34,000 nt of DNA, from positions 1,426,001 through 1,460,000 of the forward strand of contig OZ025794.1 in NCBI GenBank assembly GCA_964019425.1. The letters run 5' to 3'. The DNA comes from Flectonema sp. DT1601. Its lineage: Eukaryota. The position numbers were made by a program, and so were the translations under genes. Below, one piece after another: positions 10,088 to 21,901 of this stretch (positions within the stretch are counted from its first letter, which is position 1; each line of letters opens with the position of its first letter). The notes below the pieces were generated by a model. It searched no databases and was not told the origin of the DNA. It saw nothing but the letters and a program-made list of their open reading frames with translations.

Positions 10088-11655
10088 TTGTAAATTTTCT
10101 ACTTATTCCGGTAACAAAAAACACAACGGAACGCCGCGAATCCATTTGTCCTTTTTTTTGGTGAAGCCTTTTCCCAAACCACTACTTTTTTAATATTTCT
10201 TAACAAATAAATGACAGTTTGGCAAAAATAATCGTTTGATGCAAGCCTTATCGAAAAGTTAGGGGAGCTCACGGTTGCCGAATGTGATTTATTTTTTTTA
10301 CTTTTATTCGCTTCTGTTTTGCTCTTAAAAAGTCTTTTTTGAAAAAAAAAAAAAAAGAAAAAGGGAAGTGTTACCATTTCCTTTATTTTATTATTTTTGA
10401 TTTCCCTATTTTTTTTGTTGATTTGGTATTGTTTTCTTTATGTATTGTGAAGGGAAGTATGAGTCCTTTAGGTAAGCAACATATTTTATTCCTTTTTTTT
10501 TTTTTTTATTCTCTCCCAGTTTTTTTCTTGTTTTGTTTGTATTCGAACAATTCGTTGAATACCTGTTTTGTGTTTTTATTTGGTTTTTGTTTTTGGAAGT
10601 CACGAAGTAAAGTAAATGTGTTGTTATTATTGATGCCCTCTAGAGTGATTGTCGCAGTGGTTGAGTTCACTCTCTGGTCTCTCACTCGAATAAAGGATCC
10701 CTGAGGCTGACTTTGATGCTCTCCAAAAAAAAGAGAATCCTGTTTTGGGAAAACATCTAATTCCGCGCAATTTTTTTCAAAATTCCGGATTTCAACAAAA
10801 ATTGAAGAAACTACCAGCTCCACGTAAGCAGCACTCCTGTTTCTGACCGGGTTATCAGTCACAAGGTTAAGGCTACTTTGAATTATTAAGAGCGCAGTAC
10901 TGTGCGAGGAGCTCCCGCGTGTTAAAGCAATTGCATGTGTTTGACGGTGTTTTCAAGTTTTGTTTTGACATCAGCGAATCAGGTTAACTTTATGCGGAAT
11001 TAGAGGAGAGGTTCCCACCTGTTTTTTTTTTTTTTCACCCTTTTTATTATTAGGTAAAATGTTATTTGTTATCGCCCTCTTTTTTTTTTTTTTTTTTTTC
11101 TTCCACCTAATACGGGACTTCGGAAATATATTTTTCACCCTAAAATCACGAAGTCAATAGCGTTCTAAATTTTACGTTTTTAAAGTTTTAAGACGTACAC
11201 CGGGATACGTTTTCTTACGATATGCACACATCCCCCAAGTGGGATTGGATGTAAAACAACGAAACCGATACCGGTGAATGTCTGTATTAAAGAAAACTTA
11301 GTTGCAGCAAATAGACAGAGATTCTTGATAAGCACTTATATATTATTTGTGCACCAAAAAAAAACTTAATAAGAATTTCTTTCTCTCTATTTTTTCCCCT
11401 TTGATTTCCCCCACCTTTAGTTTTGATGAGCCATTGTTTGCATTCTTTCCTCTTCAGGTCTCAGACTTGGTCACCTTTACTGGTTTCGTGTCGCGTGATG
11501 TGTCGCTCGTCTGTTTTCGTGTTGTAGGAGGCGAACCTGCCTCGAGCCACGTTATTATTTTCTTATAATTTTTTATTAAATACTGTTTCTGAAAGAAAAG
11601 AAGAAAATAAAACAAAAAAGTCTATTTGTAAAATCATTTTACATAAGAAAAAGTA

Positions 11656-11686
<31 letters not shown>

Positions 11687-14600
11687 CGTTCGTATTTCGT
11701 GAGATCGTCCTCCCCTATTTTGCTCTGTTTTTTTTTTGTTATTTTCCTACTTTGCATAACAATATAATATAATTCAGGTTGTGTTGAAGCCAGTTTTTTC
11801 TCACACAAGCTGATTAAAAGCAAAACACCTCAATTAAAAATAAAAAAGAAAGAAGGAGAGATTAGCGAATTGATTTGACCCAGCTTCGCAATAAAACAGA
11901 ATAAGTTCGGAAAACTGGGTCACCGTCAACTCACTTCAATGAATCTTTTTTATTTGATTGTGGATAACACTTCGAACAACCGGAAGCTTTGTATTCCTAA
12001 TGAGGAAGGAACACCTGCGATTGATCGTAAATTTAACTTTGATAAAAAAAAAACTAACGCAACTTGTTAGTGCAACAAAAAGGTTAAGCCATGATTCTCT
12101 TTCTACCAGACAATGGGGAAAAGAAGTGGGAGTGCAATTTGATGCACAATTGTTCCTTCATACAAACAACACAAGAAGCTCTCTTTCCTACTTGAGTTGC
12201 TTACTAAATGAAATGACTCAACAGAATAAAACAGTTCTCTCATCGAAGGATTGATTCAAAGAACAGTTGTTCTCATTTATTGTGAATATTCGACACACTT
12301 CGTATTGGTAATACCGAGACGTGGGTTTGGGGACACTGAGAATCTACCAAAATACGTTTCCTCTTACTTTTATGGGTGTGCCTTGTTCTATTTCACTTTT
12401 CGATAATTTTATCTAACACGAGAAACAAATGAAATACTACTTCAGAATGTGTGATCTTATTCGTCATTACTTTTGGTGACTATTTTAAAAACTTTTCCAC
12501 CGTCGGGTTTCTTCTTACTGCCCGAGGAGTGAGCATTCTAAAAGTGTTGCACTATTTTATTAAGTTTACGTATCAGACTTGTCTGAGCTACATCACAAGT
12601 TTTATAGAACCTGCTGTAGTGTTCTCTGTTACAACGAAGGAAATCTGCTCCTCACCGAAAGCGCAAGAAAGGCGACTTCTGAAGGAGAACTCGAACCTTG
12701 ATGGGGGCGGGTGATAAAAAGATTAACGCTCTTGAAACTACGTATTCCACAAGTGTTTTATGGAAGCAGAACAATGTGTTTTTATATAGCTTTCTTTTTG
12801 TATTTTTTATTTAGTGCACTACCTTATAATAAACTCGTATTTTAACTTCTGTTAACTGCTTAATGACGTCCTTCAGAACAAAACAATTTTCAAAAAAAAC
12901 GGGAAAACAAGTTGTTAATTGTGTCGCATATTTGTTGCATATGTTTGAGCCTTCCCGAATTAGAAATATTTTTGTTCGGAAATAGTTATTTTTATATTGT
13001 TTTTTTGACCTTTTTATTCCTCGCGAGATGATATTATTCTGACTTTCTTTTTTAAGCTGTGGAGTTGTTAGTTTGGGAAACCAATTTATTGTGGTTTCCA
13101 ATATAAGCGAACCTGACGCTGATTGTGATTGGACACCAGACGATTACCAACTTTATGGTCATCCGATTGCTTTGCTTCGCTTTGCGCTTATCGATAAATG
13201 TCTGGCTCTTTGTTGGTTAGTATAAAAGAAAGAATGAGCTTCTGAGTTGCACCTCAGTTGTTTGTGTTTTCTAATCAAAAATGTCCTCTTGCCTTGTTTT
13301 TACTTCTGTATTTTAAACTGACTCTACTCTTTGTGATGATACCCACCTGTCCTCCTTCGCATCTTATTAGTTTTTGATTTAAACGAACTGCATAAAGATG
13401 TGATAACCTCCCCTCTTCTTGTAGTTTTATTACCTTCGCATCTGACCTGATTAGTGAACATGGGTTTCATTAATAACGTTCTTTATTTTTATGATTTTTC
13501 TTAATATTTCTTTGAGAATCTAAATTCTAAATTTCTTTTTTTTTTTTCTTTTTGTTGTGTTAGGATGTCACTCATGACTCTTTTGAAGTTGAAATCCATT
13601 CAAAAAAGATAAGTTTGATTATTGTCACTATTAAAAGTGAATTTGGAGAATATTACCTCTCTTGCTATCACCAGCTTCGTATTAAAGTAATGTTTTACAA
13701 ATGTCCTAATTCCAACTTTATCTTATTTTGTTCACGATTTTGACTTTGGAGTGTTTTGCGGTTAGTGACTGCCGCTGTCTGAATATGTCGTAGCCAACAT
13801 ATCTGTTTGTGAGATTCCTTATTATTTTCTCTTTTTGTTGTGTTAAGATAGAAAAAGGTTTGTTAATGCGATAATGGGGTCTTTATCTGAATAAAGAACT
13901 CCACACTTCACTCACATTTCCTTCGGGACCACCAGCACTGTTCATGATTCTCTTCAAAGAATAATAAGAAGAAGATCTGTGATAGCTTCGGCTCTGATGC
14001 CACATCGAATGTATTGAGAAAACCCTAAAAATAGAAATAGGACCCTTGTGATAATGCAACGCCTTCCTTCCCAAAGAAAGGAATCTTTCAGTCAAACGGA
14101 GTGAAATTAATACTTTTTCTTCTTCACTTTTTTTTTTTTGTTTTTTGTCACGATTCTGATTCTAATAATAAACTAAAGCCCAATAACTTACCGCAACTCA
14201 CGTTCAACGGATGTAATCGGCCGATATTCTTTCTGAGATGTTGAGGAAGAGAGTCCGTCGGCTTCTCTCCGAAAGAAGTCTGAGAATGCTACAACAACAG
14301 TTCTTGCGGATTAAAAGGGAATAGTATAATAAAAAAAGAATTAATTAAAAGAGAATATAGCTTTCAATCAAACAACGGTCACTTTTCAAGAGATCTCAAT
14401 ACGGAATGACTGTAATTCAAAACATTAAAGTTGGTAGTCCCGGTAGTATAAGAAAGTACCGATTTGTAAATTATTACTTTCATTCACCCACACCTACTGG
14501 AGGCTGTTCACTTCAGTTTTCAAATTCGTTTCCTTTCGACGTTTTGTTTCTCTGAATGATTGGAAGAGACAAATTAAGCACTCAAACTGCCTCCTGACAG

Positions 14601-15446
14601 TCAGTTGTGGGATGTGAGTAGGTTGGCGTCGATTTCCTTTCCCATTTTTTGTTAGTTTGTGATATTTTTCTTCACCCAGTCACAGAGTTGGGTAACTTCC
14701 AAGCTCTCGGAAAGTTTAGTCTTGCATTCGGTTTCCCTTTTCTTTGCTCTCTTACCTTATTTTGATCCCTAACAATCCAACCTTTCCTAGTTCTCTTTTC
14801 TTTCTTAGTTAGTTTATTCTATTACTTTGTTTTGTTTATATGTGTGTTGTTTGCTACGAGACACCCATCCTTCCCCTCCAATGTACAAATGGCGCGGAGT
14901 CGGGGTTGTGAACTGCTTGCGAGTCACAGAAATCTGGTTGACGGGGAGGGATTGAGAATTCCGTTGTTGATTCTTTGTGTATTCGAAGAAAGAAATCAAC
15001 TTCGGATGCAGAAAGCTGGCGGTCTGAGTAGTAAAAAAAAAAAGATTTTTAATATTTTGAAATAATTCCAAAAAACAACTCACGGTAGCCGTAGCGTTGA
15101 GGAAGTTCAATTTCCTGTCACCTTAACGCTACCACTTTACTTACTCGCAGCGACCCTTTTTACGATTCAATAATAGCGTCGTCGTCTTATTCAACTTGTC
15201 TATCGTAGTATTCAAGTTTGGTGTTCGTTAATTCTGTTCGTAATAACTCTTATTTATTTCATCAGGTCATTCATCGGAGAATACCGTGAGAGTTGTGGTA
15301 CCGAATTATTAGTACTCAGTGGACTTCAGGGGTTCTGACTTCGGAGGAATAAAAAAAAAAAAGCGGCACCAACAAATTGTAGCTGTACGACTAATAGTGG
15401 CTTAGCTTCTCTTTTCAGCTAATTAGCCCGAAAAAACAAAAGAAAT

Positions 15447-16214
15447 ATGCCGATTGCATTCGTTCCGCATGGTGGAGGTCCGCTTCCTTTGATGCAGTGT
15501 CCACATCACACCAACCTGACGGCATTCCTGCCGGAGTTTAGTAAAAAGTGGTTGAAGGTTAAACCAAAAATTATTTTAATGGTCAGCGCGCATTGGGAGT
15601 CCAGTGCTGTCAGCATAACGGGATCTGCTAAACCAGAAATGCGTGATGACTTTAGAGGATACAAAATAAATTATCCATCTGCTGGGCATCCGAAATACGC
15701 CGAATATATAAAAGGAATCTTGCAACAAGGTGGAATAGAAGCAAATGTCGACAGCAGGCGAGGATACGATCACGGTATGTTCGTACCTATGTTGTTGATG
15801 TTTCCGAAAGCTGATATCCCGTGTATTCAGATCTCACTAATGTCTTCTTTAGACCCCGCGAAACATATAAAATTAGGAGAGCTTCTCGCTCCCTTAATCA
15901 CAGATGATGTTTTGCTCATCGGTTCTGGTTTCAGTTTTCATGGGAATATGGGAGGTACCAAAATCGACCCGAAAAATGAGGCATTTGAAGAGTGGCTTCG
16001 TGATGCCGTGACAAGTAAGAAATACTCGTCGAAGGAACGCTCTAGTTTGCTAAACAACTGGGCTTCAGCACCCCACAGCAGGCACTGCCATCCAAGAGAA
16101 GAACATTTGATACCACTTCATGTGTGTGCTGGTGCTGCGAAGTGTTCTTCGGGAACACTCATGTTTGATGCAGAGGTAATGGGGAAGAGAGTCAGCGGAT
16201 ATTTTTGGAAATAA
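15447..16214 (+). CDS. LigB-family class III extradiol dioxygenase (DOPA 4,5-dioxygenase/YgiD-like), copy 1
   Basis: PHGGGP, SAHWE, RGYDHG, GSGFSFH, HPREEHLIPL motifs. Confidence 0.9.
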   Translation: MPIAFVPHGGGPLPLMQCPHHTNLTAFLPEFSKKWLKVKPKIILMVSAHWESSAVSITGSAKPEMRDDFRGYKINYPSAGHPKYAEYIKGILQQGGIEANVDSRRGYDHGMFVPMLLMFPKADIPCIQISLMSSLDPAKHIKLGELLAPLITDDVLLIGSGFSFHGNMGGTKIDPKNEAFEEWLRDAVTSKKYSSKERSSLLNNWASAPHSRHCHPREEHLIPLHVCAGAAKCSSGTLMFDAEVMGKRVSGYFWK

Positions 16215-16936
16215 TATTTCATACTAAACAAACCACCCTAACCCTAGTATTTTAGTTAAAGGAAGAACGTAAATCTTTTCTCAGTCATCTTCTGAACTAT
16301 TCGGTTGGTGTACAACCAGAGATGTGACATTGTGTACTGTGATGCAAAAAAAGAAAAAAATAATAACTCTTTTTGGCGTTTTGCCATCATCCAAAGAAAA
16401 TAGAAAAAAAGTTTCACCAATTTACTAGCTTTGTTCTCTTAACGGGGAATAGACGAGTGTGGAAAACACCTCCACTGTCGTTACCTACCTCTCATCTTTA
16501 CTATCGATTGAACTCAGTGTTGACATCTCACAAGGAGACGTTATAGATACCATGCTGAGGACAATTGAAAATATTTCTGGCCTCTCTCTCGTTCGTTAAT
16601 TTATGTCCTCTTTTTCCATTATTTATCCATGAAGGCACGGGGTGTTCTCATACCTGAGCCCTGGAAGAGGCACTCTAATAACTATCGCAGCGTTGAGGAA
16701 GTTCAGTTTCCTGTCACCTTAACGCTACCACTTTACTTACTCGCAGCGACCCTTTTTACGATTCAATAATAGCGTCGTCGTCTTATTCAACTTGTCTATC
16801 GTAGTATTCAAGTTTGGTGTTCGTTAATTCTGTTCGCAATGAATCTTATTTATTTCATCGGGAGAATAGTTCTAACAAATTGTCACTGTGGAGGTTTATG
16901 TTTCTTTTTCCAGCTCTGCAAGAAACAAAAAGAAAT

Positions 16937-17722
16937 ATGCCGATTGCATTCGTTCCGCATGGTGGAGGTCCGCTTCCTTTGATGCAGTGTCCACATCACA
17001 CCAACCTGACAGCATTCCTGCCGGAGTTTAGTAAAAAGTGGTTGAAGGTTAAACCAAAAATTATTTTAATGGTCAGCGCGCATTGGGAGTCCAGTGCTGT
17101 CAGCATAACGGGATCTGCTAAACCAGAAATGTATTACGACTATGGAGGGTTTCCGCAGGAAGCTTACGAAATAAATTATCCATCTGCTGGGGATCCGAAA
17201 TACGCCGAATATATAAAAGGAATCTTGCAACAAGGCGGAATAGAAGCAAATGTCGACAGCAGGCGAGGATACGATCACGGTATGTTCGTACCTATGTTGT
17301 TGATGTTTCCAAAAGCTGATATCCCGTGTATTCAGATCTCACTAATGTCTTCTTTAGACCCCGCGAAACATATAAAATTAGGAGAGCTTCTCGCTCCCTT
17401 AATCACAGATGATGTTTTGCTCATCGGTTCTGGTTTCAGTTTTCACGGGAGGGGTATGGGAGGAGCCAAAACCGACCCGAAAAATGAGGCATTTGAAGAG
17501 TGGCTTCGTGATGCCGTGACAAGTGAGAAATACTCGTCGAAGGATCGCTCTAGTTTGCTAAACAACTGGGCTTCAGCACCCCACAGCAGGCACTGCCATC
17601 CAAGAGAAGAGCATTTGATACCACTTCATGTGTGTGCTGGTGCTGCGAAGTGTTCTTCGGGAACACTCATGTTTGATGCGAAGGTATTGGGGAGGAGAGT
17701 CAGCGGATATTTTTGGAAATAA
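16937..17722 (+). CDS. LigB-family class III extradiol dioxygenase (DOPA 4,5-dioxygenase/YgiD-like), copy 2
   Basis: Same motifs plus intact YYDYGGFP loop; ATG 16937 is homologous to the copy-1 start. Confidence 0.92.
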   Translation: MPIAFVPHGGGPLPLMQCPHHTNLTAFLPEFSKKWLKVKPKIILMVSAHWESSAVSITGSAKPEMYYDYGGFPQEAYEINYPSAGDPKYAEYIKGILQQGGIEANVDSRRGYDHGMFVPMLLMFPKADIPCIQISLMSSLDPAKHIKLGELLAPLITDDVLLIGSGFSFHGRGMGGAKTDPKNEAFEEWLRDAVTSEKYSSKDRSSLLNNWASAPHSRHCHPREEHLIPLHVCAGAAKCSSGTLMFDAKVLGRRVSGYFWK

Positions 17723-18375
17723 TATTTCATACTAAACAAACCACCCTAACCCTAGTATTTTAGTTAAAGGAAGAACGTAAATCTTTTCTCAGTCATCTTC
17801 TGAACTGTTCGGTTGGTGTACAACCAGAGATGTGACATTGTGTACTGTGATGCAAAAAAAGAAAAAAATAATAACTCTTTTTGGCGTTTTGCCATCATCC
17901 AAAGAAAATAGAAAAAAAGTTTCACCAATTTACTAGCTTTGTTCTCTTAACGGGGAATAGACGGGTGTGGAAAACACCTCCACTGTCGTTACCTCTCATC
18001 TTTTACTACGTTGTTGTTAATTTATGTCTTCCCAGTTATTTATCCATGAAGGCACGGGGTGTTCTCATACCTGAGCCCGGAAGATGACTCTAAGGCTGCA
18101 TCTTATCAACGAGTAGAAATCTGTAATTTCGCTATTTATGCTTCGCAAAGAGTGTTTCACTCTTAAATAGTTTTTAAATTGTTTTTTTTTTTTCGTAAAT
18201 TGATTCGGAGAGGTGGAAACACACAAGGAAATATAAAAACATTCACATAAACTTTATTATATTTATTATTATATTTTGTTGATCGCGATAGTCTCGAAGC
18301 TTCTGCGTCAAAAAATAGCATTTTTTGCATTCCAGAAGCATTAAAATTATTCAAATGTAACAGCATTGAAACAAA

Positions 18376-19131
18376 ATGAAATTCCGAATCAGGTTTCCAG
18401 GTACGAATTTTAGTGAAGTTGAGTTCATTGCGAGGGTGGAGTCAGTTGTGGAGGAAGCGATTCAGACTGCAGCAGCAGAGTGGGATGTTGAACCAGAAAT
18501 GATTAACTTAACTTACTTATCAAAAGTAATGCCGTCACAGAGTAGATTGGTAATGCTTGGTGGTAATGGAAAGATTCTTCCTCTAATCGCAGCTAAGAAG
18601 CCCACAAACATCGTAACAAAGAAGCAATTACGTGACCCACAGAAACGTGAAAAGATCGCTCAGATGTTTGAACAAAATCCACTTCTGACCTGCGTAATTG
18701 ACGGATCGACGATGTGTATCGATAGCTGTCTTAAAACTGGTGAGTATCTGTTGCCTTATACAGTTAAGAAGGTTTCTTTTATAAATTGTGAAGAAGTTAT
18801 TGAGATTGGAAATGACTTCCTACGAGGATGTGATGGAATGCTAACTTTAGATATTTCTCAGCTGTGCGGTGTCACGACTATCGGTGGAGGGTTTTTGTGT
18901 CGGTGCAACTCTCTCACGACTCTCAACTTGAAGCCACTCGGTAACGTTGTTTCAATCGGTTGGGGGTTTCTTTGGGGATGCAGTTCTATAGCTCGACTCA
19001 ATCTCATGTTGTTAAATAAAGTTAGACAAGTCGAAAGTTACTTATTCCTTGGAGAGTGTACAGAGATACCCGAAGACGCTAAAAAAGAATTTCTACAAAT
19101 CGTCGCCTTCAGCCGTGTAGTCGATTCCTAA
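18376..19131 (+). CDS. Ubiquitin-like N-terminal domain + BspA-like leucine-rich repeat protein
   Basis: N-terminal Ub-like pattern (VEEAIQTAAAEWDVEPEMINLTY); repeats IGNDFLRGC, IGGGFLCRCNSLTTLNL, IGWGFLWGC. Confidence 0.75.
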   Translation: MKFRIRFPGTNFSEVEFIARVESVVEEAIQTAAAEWDVEPEMINLTYLSKVMPSQSRLVMLGGNGKILPLIAAKKPTNIVTKKQLRDPQKREKIAQMFEQNPLLTCVIDGSTMCIDSCLKTGEYLLPYTVKKVSFINCEEVIEIGNDFLRGCDGMLTLDISQLCGVTTIGGGFLCRCNSLTTLNLKPLGNVVSIGWGFLWGCSSIARLNLMLLNKVRQVESYLFLGECTEIPEDAKKEFLQIVAFSRVVDS

Positions 19132-19338
19132 CCAAACAGATGGCAGATATCACTGCTGTTGTTACTTTTTTGAAAGTAATTATAACTCGTTATATAATTG
19201 ATTGTTTTAAGCTGGTTGGTTTTGTTGTTCTCTTTTTGTAATTAGTTACCATCTCTGAACAGGCCAATAGCAGTGAGTGTAAGAAAAGTATCCTCTGGTA
19301 GCTGTAAGATTTCTATTATTACATTCAGACAATAAAAA

Positions 19339-21234
19339 ATGCAATCTATCTATTCGTATCTTCCTTCAATTCCAACGGTTCCAAGGGATGTGGAGACTTT
19401 GAAAGGACAGTTCAGTAGTGGATTAAAACTTACTGAGGGATGGGTTCGATCACATCCTTACATGACCGCTGCTGTTGGATTCGTAATAGCGAAGGCGATT
19501 AAGAAGAAGATCAGTAATCGACTACCTGGTAAAGTTGTGTTGGAAATCAGCATCGATAAGTTACAACTGACTGAAATGCCGAGGGAAGAGATGCTGAAAG
19601 TGTTGTACGGGAACAAGACTAGTTTGATGTCAGTTTTGAATTTGATCGAATCCGCAGAAAGCGACAAACGCATCAAAGCAATTGTCATCAGAGGAGAAGG
19701 CGACGCTGAAGCAAGAGGACTAGCCCACCTTCAAGAACTGCGAACAGCACTTAAAAGCTACAACAGCAAAAGTGGTAATCCAGTCGTCTATTACACAAAC
19801 TCTTTTGGTGAAGCAACTTCAGGTATTATTAATTATTGGATAGCCACGTTCTGCACTCACATTGTACTTCCCCCTTGCGGGTCCTTAAATATTACTTCAC
19901 TGCAAGCGACGGCCTTTTTCTGCAAGAAGATGGCAGAAAAGATTGGAGCAGCTCCGATTGTTACTCAAAGACGTGATTACAAAACAGCAGCAAACATGTG
20001 GACTCAGGAGAAGATGACTGACGCTCACAAAGAGCAATCGACGGAGTTGTTACAATATGTGTCTCAGGAGATCAGGAAGGATATCAGCGAATACATCGCA
20101 AAGAAGAACAAAAGTAACTTAACAGTCGATGAGATCCTTGAAGGAGGTCCATACCAATGTGATAAGATACGTGAGTTAGGTTTAGTTAATGAAGTGATGT
20201 ACGTTGATGAGGTTTATGAAAAATTGATACCTTCTTTAGTTAACGAAGACTACCAAAAACTATCATTCAGAGACTTTAAATTGTACTCTCCGTTTGCTAA
20301 GAAATTTTACACAGCAGGAAGAGGTAAACCGTGTGTGGCATACCTCCCTCTTGAGGGTATGATCCTTCAGGGTGCATCAAAGAAGGTTTATGACAGCGGT
20401 GGTGCTGTCATTGGGTCTGACACAATCTGTGCAGCAATCAGAGAGATAACGAGAAACAAGAACGTAAAAGGTCTCTTCATCAGAATCGACAGCAGAGGTG
20501 GTTCTTACGTAGCCTCCGATCTGATTCACAACGAGCTGACTAATTTTAAAAAGAAAACTGGAAAGCCGGTAATTGTGTCGATGTCTAACGTTGCTGCCTC
20601 AGGCGGCTACTACATAGGAATGGTTGGTGACAAAGTATTCGCAAGTGAGAATACAATCTCAGGATCCATTGGTATCGTCTACGGGAAGGTCGTGTGGAAG
20701 CAGCTTCTGTCAAAGATTGGAATCACGACGGACATCATTGCATTAGGTAAGAATTCTAGTTATTTCTCAGCTGTTGAAATGCCAAACGAAGACTGCGTAC
20801 AGAAGATGGAGGGGCAGACTGATTTCATTTACGATGACTTCAAAAAACACGTCTCAAATGACACGGGTCTCACTCCCGAAGAGGTTGAAGAAGTCGCCCA
20901 AGGAAAGGTCTACTTTGGTCAGGAATGTCTTAACAAGAAACTGATCACAAATATCGGTGGTATAAACGATGCGCTTAACGAGATGGCTTCTCAGTTGGGT
21001 GTGTCTTCGAGACATGATCTTCACTTGCAGGTATACCCAGAACTGTTTAGTTACAAAACTCTTCTCAAAGGAAAACCAAAGAATAGAGAGGAGTCCGATT
21101 CGAACCCTCCAATTTCGGTTGGTGGAGTTCTTCTTTCATGCGTCCCTGGTGGGGAATACATCAGTCAGATAGCTGCCTCTGTTACTCATGAGAATGGAAG
21201 CTCACTTTACTCTAACGCAGTACCAAAGTTTTAA
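19339..21234 (+). CDS. sppA: Signal peptide peptidase A / protease IV (S49, 67K type)
   Basis: Tandem S49 domains, catalytic Lys in DYKTA and Ser in AASGGY, RIDSRGGS, TISGSIG, AQGKVYFG. Confidence 0.92.
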   Translation: MQSIYSYLPSIPTVPRDVETLKGQFSSGLKLTEGWVRSHPYMTAAVGFVIAKAIKKKISNRLPGKVVLEISIDKLQLTEMPREEMLKVLYGNKTSLMSVLNLIESAESDKRIKAIVIRGEGDAEARGLAHLQELRTALKSYNSKSGNPVVYYTNSFGEATSGIINYWIATFCTHIVLPPCGSLNITSLQATAFFCKKMAEKIGAAPIVTQRRDYKTAANMWTQEKMTDAHKEQSTELLQYVSQEIRKDISEYIAKKNKSNLTVDEILEGGPYQCDKIRELGLVNEVMYVDEVYEKLIPSLVNEDYQKLSFRDFKLYSPFAKKFYTAGRGKPCVAYLPLEGMILQGASKKVYDSGGAVIGSDTICAAIREITRNKNVKGLFIRIDSRGGSYVASDLIHNELTNFKKKTGKPVIVSMSNVAASGGYYIGMVGDKVFASENTISGSIGIVYGKVVWKQLLSKIGITTDIIALGKNSSYFSAVEMPNEDCVQKMEGQTDFIYDDFKKHVSNDTGLTPEEVEEVAQGKVYFGQECLNKKLITNIGGINDALNEMASQLGVSSRHDLHLQVYPELFSYKTLLKGKPKNREESDSNPPISVGGVLLSCVPGGEYISQIAASVTHENGSSLYSNAVPKF

Positions 21235-21901
21235 GTGATAATATCAATTCACCCCTCCGGGAGGGAGCATCCTCTTGCCGTCTAAATATATTAATTAATT
21301 ATTAAAGAATTGAAACACCATTTGAATGTTGATGATCTAATGATCTACCACAAGAAAATAAGCACCGCGAGCCTTATAGGTTGATTTGTATAGTTCTTTT
21401 ATTTCTTTTCCTTCTAAGCTTTAAGGAAGGCACGAGCGTTAATATGTTTTTTTTTTTCCCCCCTCTTCTCTTTGTAATTCCTTCTTGCTTCTTACCGGAT
21501 TACTGTTTCAGAAACTCAATGAGGGATGGAACTCTTAGCTTTAAATAATTATAATGAGGCGGTGCAGAGATCCCCTTACTGGTGTACTTATTGTGAGTAA
21601 CATTACTCGGCCCATCACTGCCAGCATATTCTCCTGTTTCATCATTTCTCCTGCTTCTGTCATTCCGGTCCTCATAGGAAGGCGGTCAATGTGGCTAACA
21701 GCGATACAAGGTAAAATTACCAGAAACTGTCAAAAAAAAAAAGCGGCAGATTGTTCTAGGTGAGCCTGGTAAGAGTTGGGGTTAATGCTGAGACCCTCAT
21801 ATTATAAGCCGCGCATGTGTGCACTGCGGTAGTGGTTAGTTTTGAGTAGTTATGAATTGTAACTTTAGTTTTATTTTGCAGTCAGGTCACAAGAAGAAGA
21901 G

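Larger units (their letters stand above)
15093..18083 (+). repeat. Tandem segmental duplication (15093-~16667 and 16689-~18083) carrying the dioxygenase gene
   Basis: Near-identical upstream block AGCGTTGAGGAAGTTCA..., CDS and 3' flank in both units; only the immediate 5' acceptor region differs, plus a ~90-nt block in the unit-1 3' flank. Confidence 0.92.

Noticed and set aside
9951..15110. Many 60-120 aa ORFs rich in F/K/L/I on both strands
   Set aside because: They are translations of poly-T/poly-A tracts with no motifs; shadow ORFs
16235..16247. CCCTAACCCTAG telomere-like repeat (also in the second unit; GGGTTAG twice near 8666)
   Set aside because: Only about two units; expected by chance
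16814..16936. 41-aa N-terminal extension of dioxygenase copy 2
   Set aside because: Starts at TTG, crosses the T-rich acceptor, and is absent from copy 1
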